Positions 38,001-50,100 of a DNA stretch of 64,000 nucleotides are shown in pieces. Every line of letters starts with the position of its first letter. Position 1 is the stretch's first letter. The position numbers and the translations under genes are program-made. Source of the stretch: Botryllus schlosseri (taxonomy: Eukaryota); the NCBI GenBank assembly GCA_051294905.1, contig CM119372.1, positions 4,776,001 to 4,840,000 of the forward strand, given 5' to 3'. The notes under the pieces were generated by a model, which worked only from the letters and a program-made list of their open reading frames with translations, was not told where the DNA came from and ran no database searches.

Positions 38001-38623
38001 CAATCTCCATATTTACTGACGGCCACTCCCGACGAGGGTCAGTTGAAAAGCTTAGAGTGAATAAATTGCGAATATGAATGTGCTGTCCGTTGCAATATTC
38101 AAATTCTGTACCACAAGCAACCTATTTAGATACAATAAACATATGCAATCAAGATTCACCCCGTACGCGTGCTAGACTTTTTACATCAGACAACGATATC
38201 AATTTAATATATTGGTTGAATAAGCATCATTCGCTGACTACCTACATGTAGTGTATTTCGCTCTTGATGTTGTGTGATTGCGGGTCAGGCTCACAGCAGA
38301 GAGTCACTAAATATTCACAAACGGAAAGGTGGATATTTCGAGTAAACTTTTGTAAGAAAGCAAGTAGATTTTTTGACATTTTCAACGTGCATGCTCGTTT
38401 AGTGTTGATTTTTCTATGCTGCCAGCGCCAGGCATAGAGTGGAACGCAGTTAAAATGCAATAAATTTCAACGAAAGATGTTACAATGAAGTTAAAGTTTT
38501 AGTATACGAAAAAGGTTCACAGTGCAGAACCTACCAAGGTTCGTTCGTGAACGCGAACCTCTAAATTTCTGAGGTTGACACACAGAACGCGAACGTGGAC
38601 GTCATATTCACACCATCCCTATA
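35069..38623. mobile_element. Foldback-type DNA element with ~440-bp TIRs (TATAGGG ends, P-superfamily-like), interrupted by a 2-kb insert
   Basis: tatagggttggtgtgaa / ttcacaccatccctata; TSD gtctgtag at 35061-35068 and 38624-38631. Arms are ~35069-35509 and ~38185-38623. Confidence 0.75.
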
Positions 38624-41600
38624 GTCTGTAGATACCATCGGTTTTCAACCGCAAGCACGCGTCTACTTTTCTGCCGGAGCGCCAGATGCATCACAATTCT
38701 GTATCTCAATTTCAAAATACAAGGTGCTGAAAGAGTGTTTTTCAACCTATTGATAGCTCTGGCCCACGATCTGTTTTGAAAATAGCCCCTGGCCTCTATC
38801 AAAATCCCGCTCGAAATATTCAATTAATGATATCTTGGTGACCTATAGTAGGGACAATTGAACGACATGACTGACTTCTTGGAGTTACATAACTTCGATA
38901 TACTGTAGCCTACTATTGAACAATATATTCATATTGAAATAAACTCGCCTAATTCGCTTGACACTCGTCAGGGGTCATCGTCAGCAATTAGTAGAGAACT
39001 TAAAAGAACTGTGTATATCAAGAGTCACATCACCATTTTTTTCAGTACCTGATATGATAGTGAGCGCTATGTATCTATGTGGTTTCTTCTCTTTCTAATG
39101 GACCAGGAAACCAGAACATGAACTATGGGATCACGTCCATCGTTTAAGGGGCGATGTGCTTTAAATATGATGCGGCGTCAAATTATAGTTGAATGCGTGA
39201 AAACCCCCAATATCTTCGGATGACACTCGTCAGGGGTAATCGTTGGCAACTATAAAGTTATTGTCTTATGGATAATTTTGTCCTAGCGTGGCAATAAATA
39301 TCCATCCATTTGCCACAATTTTAAATGACGGGTAAAGCTATATAACGCTTGCGTAGCGAAGGGTGTATAATCTCCAGCGATTGGGAGATAACACTCAAAT
39401 AATGTCATCATTTCCAATGCTTGTATTTTGCATATGCTTCAATTCTCTCGTCAATCGTTGTGCGATCTTTGAACATATGTTGATTCTGATTTCATTAAAG
39501 CGGACAAAATGTAATCGTGATTACTCTTTTGATGTAATCGTAATAACAATCGAATAAGTTGTGTTTTCGCGTAAACGTATTCACCGATGTCAGGAGGAAT
39601 CGTAATCGTGATCGATTACATTGGCACAGTGATCGCGCCATATCTGAACTTAGTGATTAGCGGTCAGCGTCTAAATGAGAGGCATCATTCACGAAGGAGG
39701 GTACATTGCATATCCAAAAGCAATATTCCCAATGTGAAATAATTTTACCAGAAATTATTCATCCACTGTGTATAGTTTCACTTGTAAACATATGCTGACG
39801 CCGTGAGAAACTTGGTGCGGACAACTGCTGGTAATTGCATTGTCCATTACCTCGCCAATGGGGTTGAATAGCATTACAGAATGGCCAGTGGAGAACTTCT
39901 TAGAGGTACAGAACTTCAACATACTATTAAATAGTATTGGACTTCATTTCATATAATATTCAATTGAACAAAGACCAGTCTACACTGCTAGCGTAACGCT
40001 TAAGTCACGTCGATCGTAGTATGAGAGTTTCACATTCTCGATGAAGGCTGATGTAAATTCGGCCTAATCTGCAACTCCGTTTTCAATGTGTCATAGGTTT
40101 CCCGTCAGAAATGCGTCACATTATGAACAGGCATGTCCACAAGAATCGGCACAAAATTCATGCAATAGGCGACACTCGTTTGTACATAATACAACACTAG
40201 CATAACATATTTAACACATATCGACTTTATCTCCGGCTTACTTATATGCGAACAGAATGTACGGCACAGTATTGATTTTGCGTTTTTTTTTATCATAGCT
40301 CATTCGTTTTGCCACTGTGCGACGACGTTAGGTTTTTAAATCAAAAGTAGTAATATAATACGATGAAATTGAAAAGATGCATGCACAAAGCACCATCCGA
40401 GAATATATACATAGATATTCTTGTGCTATGTAGGAACTTAAGTTGAGGTAGGTGATATCGACAGCAAGTAGATTGTATTGCTAGAGATTTTTTAGACTCT
40501 CCACGCCCGTAATGATAGATTAATAGATGTCCATCATCTGCACAGGTTTGAATGCTGAGCATGATGAGGGCGATTGAATTTCAGGACAACGTGCTGTCAC
40601 TCCATTATCTGGCTACCCTTGACTTCTATCTTCGCAATATAATCCCAACGGACCAATCGGAACAAGATAGAAGATCGTCTAACCTGATCGAGGGCGTTAA
40701 TCTGCTACTAATCTGTATTGGAATACTTTATCCTCACTTTTGTAGATTATGTTTGCACATCGCAAGTAATTTTATCATTGCTGAGCAACCTAACGTGACA
40801 ACGAAAATCACGCCCAGCGCAACATGATTTGCAATGCTTCCAATGTTGTTGTCGTATTTGTGTTGTATATACCGGAATGCGTAACGCCTCTGAAATTATA
40901 GCTAGTCAAGACGGCGCTCATATCGCAGATTACCGAAATACCGTCAACGCAATCACGACACGCGGCGCCTTTGAAAGCCCCACCGAGCCTGACATGGCCG
41001 CAACAATATACATGTCGGAAGCGATACCACCTTTCCTTTCGCTTATTTACACTGTGTTCTAATGAAGAGGCATAAATCCAGGGAGAAGTGACGTGAGTTT
41101 GCGCGAAGAGGCTAGTAATTGCTCATTTCTCCAACTTTGTAATTACTGTTTTACCATGAAAACAAATACGAGACGCACGCAGACGGCGTGGTTTCATTGA
41201 TCTCAGGCGCCACTGAGATCAGAGCGCTCCACGCGCGTTATATTGTGTTTGCAGTCATATTTTGTATCACGAAACAATATTTCATTGTTACCATCATATC
41301 ACAGAACCAGATTGAATTCCATCTAGTCCCGTCCGCGTCCGCGAGGCTGAAAACCGCCTTGTAATAAAGTGAGTTAACACAAGTCAGGGATGTTCCATGA
41401 CGATATTCCGACACATATATGCTGGCGGTCCTTGTGATGTTTTGTCGTGACTGATTTACAATGAATTAATAACACATGACGTCGGTGAGCGTAACAATAC
41501 GGGATTTATAGCTACGGCACATTGATTGCACAATTAGACTTGCAAATACAATATTTCATTACAACGGCCCAATAAAGCGAATGGGTGAATTTCTTGTGTG

Positions 41601-42662
41601 GTTGGATTACATCCTACGCGGAGCGTGAGGAGATCAGGAGAAAATATGGGAAAAACATGCAACTTAAGTTTTTCGCGATGTTGAGCATCAGTAGTCTAAT
41701 TTTCGTTAACGAGAATCATCATTTCCGCGATCATGAAATCCCGGCACATCGTAAAATGAGAAAAAGATACATTCACGATGCCTTTAGTAACAAGAAACGC
41801 GAGATAGAAAGTCAGCGTAAAGAAATCCGTGGCCGAGTCGGCTAATCATAAATGTAGCTCTAAGGGCAATAAATGTCAAAAGCATTAGATGGAGATTTCT
41901 ACTGCTGCCTTTATATGATGAATTTATTTCAACTCGTTGTAGGCATGCTGGCTTTACGGTCTTTCTATTGCTTTATGGCTACGAGGGGCGAACGAGGCTG
42001 AAGCTGGTTATCTGCGTCTTTCTCGTCACAGCCTCGCGCAAATACAAAGAATACAGAACACAGCACAGTTTCAGTAGGTAGAATCGACGCTGTGCCCGTT
42101 CAGGACACGAAAGCAGACTTTAAATTGATGTATCGCAGAGAGTTGACGTGGAACGGACGCGATTGCAGATTGTAACCACCATCGGACCTGGATATATGTC
42201 GCTCAAGCGTCATCTGATTGAGTCAATGTACATGTACACTCCCATATATTTGTAAAGCTTTGGAATATGTGAATACACCGTTGGCACTGATTAGCAATAC
42301 TGTTCTTCGTGTGAAGATGATATCGTCGGAGGCCACATTTCCGATTTACTGATTACCAAAGGGAAAAAGCATCGTTGCTATTGAGTTCAGATAGATAAGA
42401 ACTTGATTAGCGTATAAACAGGCGCAAATGTTACTAATGTGTCCTGTTTAATTTGTGGAGATGTGATTCAGTACTATATTCGCCACAAACACAAAACACG
42501 CGACTGCACCCGAGCATTTATTTCTGTATCATTGATTCAACAGAATGATGATGGAAGTTGGATTTAGCGAGCGCCATCTTGACTAACTTAGTTACGTCAT
42601 TTGATTGCGCCGCATCGCAAATAGTTGGCGCGATAACAGGAGTATTGATGCCTCTTTTTCAG

Positions 42663-42814
42663 ATCAGATAAACGACCATAATTTTATTGCTTATCAATAG
42701 TGGCGCGTGCCAACATTTGGTTAGATCTTCAAATTCGTGGATTTCGAAAGGGGAAGAGCACTGAGCTGGCTGAAGAAGATTTAGGCTATATTTGATCACG
42801 GCGATAAAGCGTTG
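42663..42814 (+). other. Candidate non-coding 5'-UTR exon of Hox10
   Basis: Acceptor cctctttttcag| and donor G|GTAAGT. The Hox10 coding exon is preceded by an acceptor (ttgtgttgcag, 47141) 30 nt before the ATG. Confidence 0.3.
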
Positions 42815-43160
42815 GTAAGTGGTTTCAATTACTTGTGTAGTATGTCAACGACTACGTGCTGCGATTCGAATAGCCTTTTCTGCAATACTGGATAGCGATT
42901 TAGAGTAGCCTGTTAAAAGCCACGAAAACAAAATGGCGACTGTGAAAGCAAAGGCATTTGCAAAGGCCGTTTTATAGCCTACCGTAAAATAAGCGTATGT
43001 GCTACATGATTATAAGTCTTGTTTATTTGATACAATATATATTGTATTCCTAGATTGCTGAAATTTTAAAATAATTATCTATTAAGCTATAGCTAGAGAA
43101 CGACATACGATTACATTTTCCAACTACAGAATTAAAACGGCAGGCAACAGTGGTCATTAA

Positions 43161-43677
43161 TAGGGCTGGGCAAAATCGAGTAGCCGAGTGATTCAATTCT
43201 GAATCACGTAATATGCTTCGAGTCGAGTCGAGTAATCGAGTATCACTCATTATGACGTCATAACTGAATGTAATAAGTCAAAGTTCAAACATGTACCGTT
43301 TATGCCACCATAAAGAATATAATGCCTCTTATACATCTCATAAATGATACTTTGGTATCATTTTGACCATCCGATTTCATTCCACTTGGTGACAATTCTG
43401 TGGCATAATCATGATTCTGGAAATGTGCTACGTCCAGTAAACTTTCGTAGCTTTGTACTATATGTTTCGTATGCTATGATACCGCCAATCAAGGTTTCAA
43501 GGCTTCAACAGTGAAAATTAGTATTGAAACTGTAATTCTCGTTGATAAATTAACTTTCAGTGGCGAGGAGCGTATAATTTCAGTACTCGAAAAAATCGTA
43601 TTTTACTACTCGACTCGAATCATTGAAATTAATACTCGATTCAGATTCGAGTACTCGAATCATTTTGCCCAGCCCTA
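43161..43677. mobile_element. hAT-like MITE, inverted copy of 17-532
   Basis: Same TIRs and interior in reverse orientation; TSD gtcattaa at 43153-43160 and 43678-43685. Confidence 0.9.
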
Positions 43678-46600
43678 GTCATTAATAGCCTATCTCTGGA
43701 AAATACTGCACTGGTAACATGCGATATACATGAAGCCCATTGTGGCCATAATTATTCCCTTGTCCCTTGTTGCACTGGTCCTTGGATCACATTTATAAGT
43801 ACAGTATAGGCACAGTATACTGTTAATGTAGTGAAAAATGAGTGAATTGCCGAAATACTTCGGTGAATTCAAACATATAGGCTGCACTGGGTGCTGTTAT
43901 TGCCGGATAAGATCTGAGCAAATTATCTCCTCCTAATAATATAACCAGTACGATCATTACCATATATAAGGATACTGGCCGTGTCCCGTGTCTATATGAG
44001 CGCGTATTGACTTTTAGGATTAAAGTCAGATACTATATGTTAGGCGTGGATCTGTACAAGTGGTGGCGTCACACCCTGGGAAATTTGTTATTCAGATTTG
44101 AGACCGACACACATAGCACGTAAAATTTATTAACAATATTAGTATACATAGTACTTCTGCATTAGATAGGAATTCGTTCCGATACGGCAGGTGGCGGGTT
44201 TACGAATGAGACTTACTTTGGCGACTATTCTATTGTAGAGTTCAAACATGATGAGTTAGTCGGTATCAGTATCTGTATCTGTATCAGTTTATTAACAATT
44301 TTATCATTTCAAAACATCGCAAGACTGCAATACAATGAAAAGGCAGGACTTGGAGTGGTCTTTGTAATCAGACACTCATTATCTATATCTTCGTCACACC
44401 CGTGGTTGACCTGATCAAGTCTTCTTGAATAGTATATTTATACTATAGTCAACCCGAATATTTCTGGCTGACATTCATCAGGCGTGTGACGTCATAATTG
44501 GCGATACGACTAGTGTTGATATACTAAGATCTTTTGAATTATTTTGACGATTACGCCTGACGAGTGTCAACCGAAAATATTTGGGTTTCTTTCAATATGA
44601 ATATATCATTCAATTGTATATATTGAAGTTCTATATCTGCAAGAGTCTCTGGAAATAGCCAATAGAGTAAGTGGTATAAGTAAGCCAAACCTAATCGAGT
44701 ACTCCGAAGAAGTAGAATTGCCGCGTTACTGACCAACACTTTTACAGACTATATCGTCACTGGTCATTTACACAAGGCTCCAAAGTCTGTTGCTGATTTG
44801 TGTAATACTGCAGACTTATACCAAGACCAAATTTGATACGGAGTGTGAATCTCCAATACTTTAACAGGTAATCTTGAGTCGACATATTAATCATGCCCAC
44901 AAAGCATCCCCAGAAGTTACTATTGCAGGCAGGTCGAAATGGTGGTTGATCGGCAGGCCGTCGCTTTCGCTAGACATGTAGTTGTAGATTGAAGCAGCCT
45001 ACTTTCTGTCATAGGATAGGGGCATGTGGTAATGGCACTATTACAGCACCAGAGTAGTCATATATTTCGCATAGCATTCTATATTTAGACTAATAGGAAA
45101 CATGAATAACAGTTATAGGCTAATATGCTTCCGTTAAACTGGCAACAAGAATCAAAACAGCTTACTGCCCTTGACATCCATGAAACGATTACGGGAAGGG
45201 TCAATCGAGTTGCATATTGCCCATGATGGAAATAGAGAATTGAATTCAATCAATGATGACACAAATGATCATAATTTTGTATAATTTATTGCTGTGTTGA
45301 CTTTTGACCGGAATTCAACCGCGTATTCTCGGAACAGATATAAATATGTAATATGTAACGCAACCTCCTTACCTAGGAATTCCCATGCTGGGATCACGTC
45401 GAAAAGCACGTTTATCTAAAACATATCCCATGCTGAATCGTTAATTAGAAACGATATTTGCTAAAGTGGTCTGGAAGACACTACAAATTTATGCCACTAA
45501 ATGAAATAGTTATGGGTATACATTATACTCGATGGCCAATGCATTCAAATATTCCACATTTACTTTATTCAGTAGTAAAATACATAATGCGGTAGCACCC
45601 AACTGGATTCGAAATAAATTTTATGAAACCTCTTTCAGGTCTCCATGTATCCAGCATGTGGCATGTGTTGTGTAGTAGCCTCGTTAAAATGGCGGCACAA
45701 TTTATATCTGAGATAAATGATTGTAATGACCCAATATAACTCATTTAATTGCCTTTTAAAATAAAAATGTCTGCAAATTACGTGGCTTAGTGTCAAGGCC
45801 GCAAACATTGGACATAAAACATCATTTCGTGATTTGAGTATAGTTTCGATGGCGATTTGGCGGATCATTACCTCGGGCCAAAGCCATCGACTGTTTGCGA
45901 CCTATAGCTTTTTATATATCATTGTTTACAAACTCCCATCGATCTCATATACCTAGGAATTACTGCCACCTCTCTTTACATTGACTTGGAGTTTGTTGCG
46001 TGATTACTATTAACACCTCCATCGTTTGGTTGATCCTTAACCTAATCAAGCGTATCGCTCTTAACGACATTATTTATTACGCGCAAAATCGTTTCATTAC
46101 TTTTGAAGAGGATTCCATTTCGTTGTCGCACTTCATATAAATATTTGTATCGACTAATTTGTTATCCTTATGATTCTTACAGTATTCGTTATGTGATTTA
46201 TCCATTCTGCGGGCTAATTTCAGAATAAAACAAAGTAGTCCTGTGTCATAGAATTAAATATGCTATTAGCAACAAACCTCAAACACTGTTTACGATGAGA
46301 TCGACACGGTATCATTAAAGCGCTAATCTTCACGGGGACGTCGGAGAAGTCAGGTGCAAATGACGATTGGTATTTTAGATATTTTCAAACTTTTGACATC
46401 GCTGTTCCGAATAGAATCGGGTCAAGCAACCCGGATCATGGTAAAAGCATCGCGGGCCGTTTTATTAGTGCAATAAAATGGATGACGATATTAATCACCC
46501 GGAGCACTGTTAGCTGTAGCTGAGGGAAGGAGTCGTAATATCAGTATGGTACATTGAGAGTATCGAGTCTATTCCGTTTTGAATAGTATACTTGTGACTA

Positions 46601-47171
46601 TATATTACCAGTAACAAGATGGCGTCTGTGTCAATTTAACCGCTCTTTTAGAATCAAATTCGCTGCGGCCCGGCGAATGTCGTGCTAGACAGAAATCCCA
46701 TGTTAGACGCAGGGATGATTGATATAATAGCCGAACGATTCCTGTGTCAGCATGTCAACACTGCGCTTGACTTTTACGTCCATGTCCCCGTAAATCAAAA
46801 CCTCTACCACAAATATAGTCACAAGGATGCAAAAAGAAAGCGTAAAAAACACCCGGAATCAAATATTATCTGTAGGTTAATAGACAAGGAGAGGTGCGGA
46901 TTTTTAAGATAGCAAGCTCTCTTAGGAATGAATAGTTCGCATGGTCGCCGTAACTGTAGATAGAATATTACTATGCCCATGATTCAAGCCGGTCCCTGCT
47001 TATGAGTAATTAAGTACAGTAGCGGGTTCTTTGGTACTTCGGATGAGCTAGTGTGCCTGCAATCTGGAAAATTGTTCTCCTGTACAGAATGCTATATCTG
47101 TTTACCGTATCGTTATTCACAGCGGCGCCCTTGTGTTGCAGATTAGCGGTACTGAGCTAGATGTGAGCAAG

Positions 47172-50100
47172 ATGCCAGGCGGTGTGTATCCTGGAGAATC
47201 TCAATACCCATTACAAGTCTCATCTGGATACAACCAAAGCACAGACAAGGACAGCGGGCACGGAGTATCTAACCACATGAGTCAAAGTACAATTGCAACA
47301 ATGTCAAGGAATAACCTGCCGCCAGCAGAACACAACAGTAAAATTTCGTCAACGCCAGAAGGCTTGAACCGACATTCCCTGCCGTTGCCTGACTATCAGG
47401 ACAGTTTCGGGCATCAGCTGATGAAAGACCGCGCGCCTATGCAACTCCCGGACTACCAACAGTTCGGAAACGCCCCGCCTATAGACGTTGGTATGAACGG
47501 GACTCATATGTTCAATCGAGTCGATATGGAACACAACCCGAGCCCAGTGAGCGACAAGAAGTTTTCATATTCCACGCTCACCACGAAGCCGAAGAAGCAG
47601 AACGGTCAGTACGTGCAGCAACTCGCGGGAGACGACCCGCCTTGCTACGGGCAGCGCGTGAAAGCGGAATTTCTGAGCGCGGACGTTTTCTCGCCGCGAT
47701 CGTCGGCCTCGGACGCATCCAGTTGCGATCGGCGGATGATGACGTCGTCGTCTGTCGATTCGCTCTCCACGGACAAGTCGCCGGCGAAGCGCGACTCACT
47801 GGAATACGACGTGGACGCCCCGTATCAGGACAAGGGCGAGAAGAAATCGGAAGGTGGGAACTGATCTTTTTGGGTCCGAGGGCATGTGAGCATGCGACAG
47901 TTTGTCATGAGACATTTCAGCATGCGGATTAAAATTAGGTTTAGATTTGGATTAGATTTCATGTTAGGTAGGTTAGGGTAAGGATTAATTTTGGGGTTAG
48001 GAATAGTTGTGGAGTTATAAAATCCTATGGTGAAGTGTGGCATGTTCAACAATCATTTTCGTTGTGTCGCACGCTCAAATGTTGCATGACCCTTGTTCAT
48101 GAACTGCCTTATATTGGTGATAATTATCATATGAGCCTTTTAGGCTTTGACGGTCCGCTTTATATGGGCTTTCCAGTAAAGTCTACATTTGGTGGTCCCG
48201 CCCATGGAAAATGCTGAAGCTACACTTGATGTGAAGTTCGTTACTTGGAATTGGTTCCAATAGTTCAATGGTGACAAGTCTTGAGATTAAAGTATGGGCG
48301 AACAATTAGGGCACCCGTAACCAACAGTCTGCACTAAATCGAACTGATCGTATTGAATTCAAACTCTGATAAGCCATGGGCCGAATCAGTGGTCCAAAAC
48401 TCCGGCGAAAGGCCACTGTAATAACTCGTTAGACGCCGAACGACGTGGGTGTCCGAGCCTACTTCGATGAAGGCCGTATTTCGCGAGGTGAAACAGTCAC
48501 GTGGCATTTAAGCATTCGTATTCTAGGGATGGTGCTAACGTTCGGTTCAAGTTCGTCGTCCGTGTTCACTGTTCAGTGTAATCCAGAGGTTTGCGTTAGC
48601 AAGAGAGGTGCAAATATTGTGAAGCACCAGACTTTTCCAGTAATTTGAACATCATCTGATCAAAATATATTGAATTTCAATTTGATATCATTCGATCCAT
48701 CACGGTAGCAGAAAGGGCATTCAACATATATCTAAGAAGTCCTAAAGTAACTCTGTTTGTGAGAATTTTGTTTGTCATACCATGCTATTCTAACTTTGAA
48801 TATTAAAATGAATCGCTTCCGTTACAGCTACGTGCTTCGCCGCACCTTTTTAGGCCAATATTCCCGTGCCACATTCATTGGCAATGCTATATATCTATCG
48901 ATGATCAGACTGAAAATAGTATATTTTGGTCCGTGGTGCAAAGTAATTTGGGAGCTACGAAGAATCTTCTGAACAGCCAACCAATATTGTGTGTATAAAT
49001 CGTCGATAAGAATTTCGCTAAAGTCACATCGTGATGAATGACATCTTAAGAATTACACCATGTGTACTATGTTTTTTTAATGATTGCTATTTCGAGTCAA
49101 ACTTACACGGACTGGGTGCGTGGACACAAAGCCACAAGTGCTTTCCATTGCAACTCTTATCGAACCCAAATTCTAAAGAATTCAATCCGAATATATAGGC
49201 TATGCTAATTCCTTTAAGAGCGAGAGAGAGAGAGAGAGATATGATATTCTTTCTCGCCTGCACCATCGAGATGCTTTGGCGACGGAGTTGCGATACGGCC
49301 CCATGAGGTCATCTAGTCTGCGCCCCCGTTTCTTTTCTCCTCCATGCTATCCGTGATTGCTGAGCGCCTAGCAGGATAGCTGCGAATACCATTTTTCGAG
49401 TCTTTGGTATGACCCGGCCGGGGATCGAACCCACGACCTACCGCTCGAGAAGCCGGACGCATAACCATTACACTATCTCGCTTTTAGCGAGGCTAAAAGT
49501 GTAAAATCTATCAATCTGAAGAAAACAGATGTGGACCTGGACATGTACGACCTATACGTATATTTGTACGTATGTATAATGTACAGGACTAAGTATGGTA
49601 AACAACTATGGATTGTTTGGATTGGAAGCGTCTCTCCAGTAAACTGCATTGTGGCCTTGTGGGTACGTAGTTGATGAAGTATGCAATGTGGTGTAACTTG
49701 CAGTCATAGGCTCGCGACAATCTTTCAGGGGTTGTTTTGTGTTCATGGTATTTCGACCACATTGATCATTTATGTCCAGGCGAGTGTTCCTTATTACAAT
49801 TCCTGATATGCCGACTTGTTGCAGTGTTTCGTATCCTCCCCGCGTTCATAATAGACACCACTGGCTGTTATAAGGTCACCGATCGCATATACTCAAAGTC
49901 CATGTATAGCCCACACGATTTGCTGTCGAATAGAATGTTGATACTCGTAAAACCGAGAAAACAACTACCAAAATAACGGCACGATCCTGCGTAAAATATT
50001 AAATTAATGGGAACAAGCCCAAGACATGATAAAAAATAATCACAGCACTGGAGAAGGAATTTACTCGGAACGGTTTTCAAAATCATGTAGCGTGCCGCAT

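Noticed and set aside
42075..42096. miR-196/let-7-like start TAGGTAG; also TGAGGTAGTT at ~61253
   Set aside because: Only seed-level similarity and no convincing hairpin. The second lies inside a MITE.
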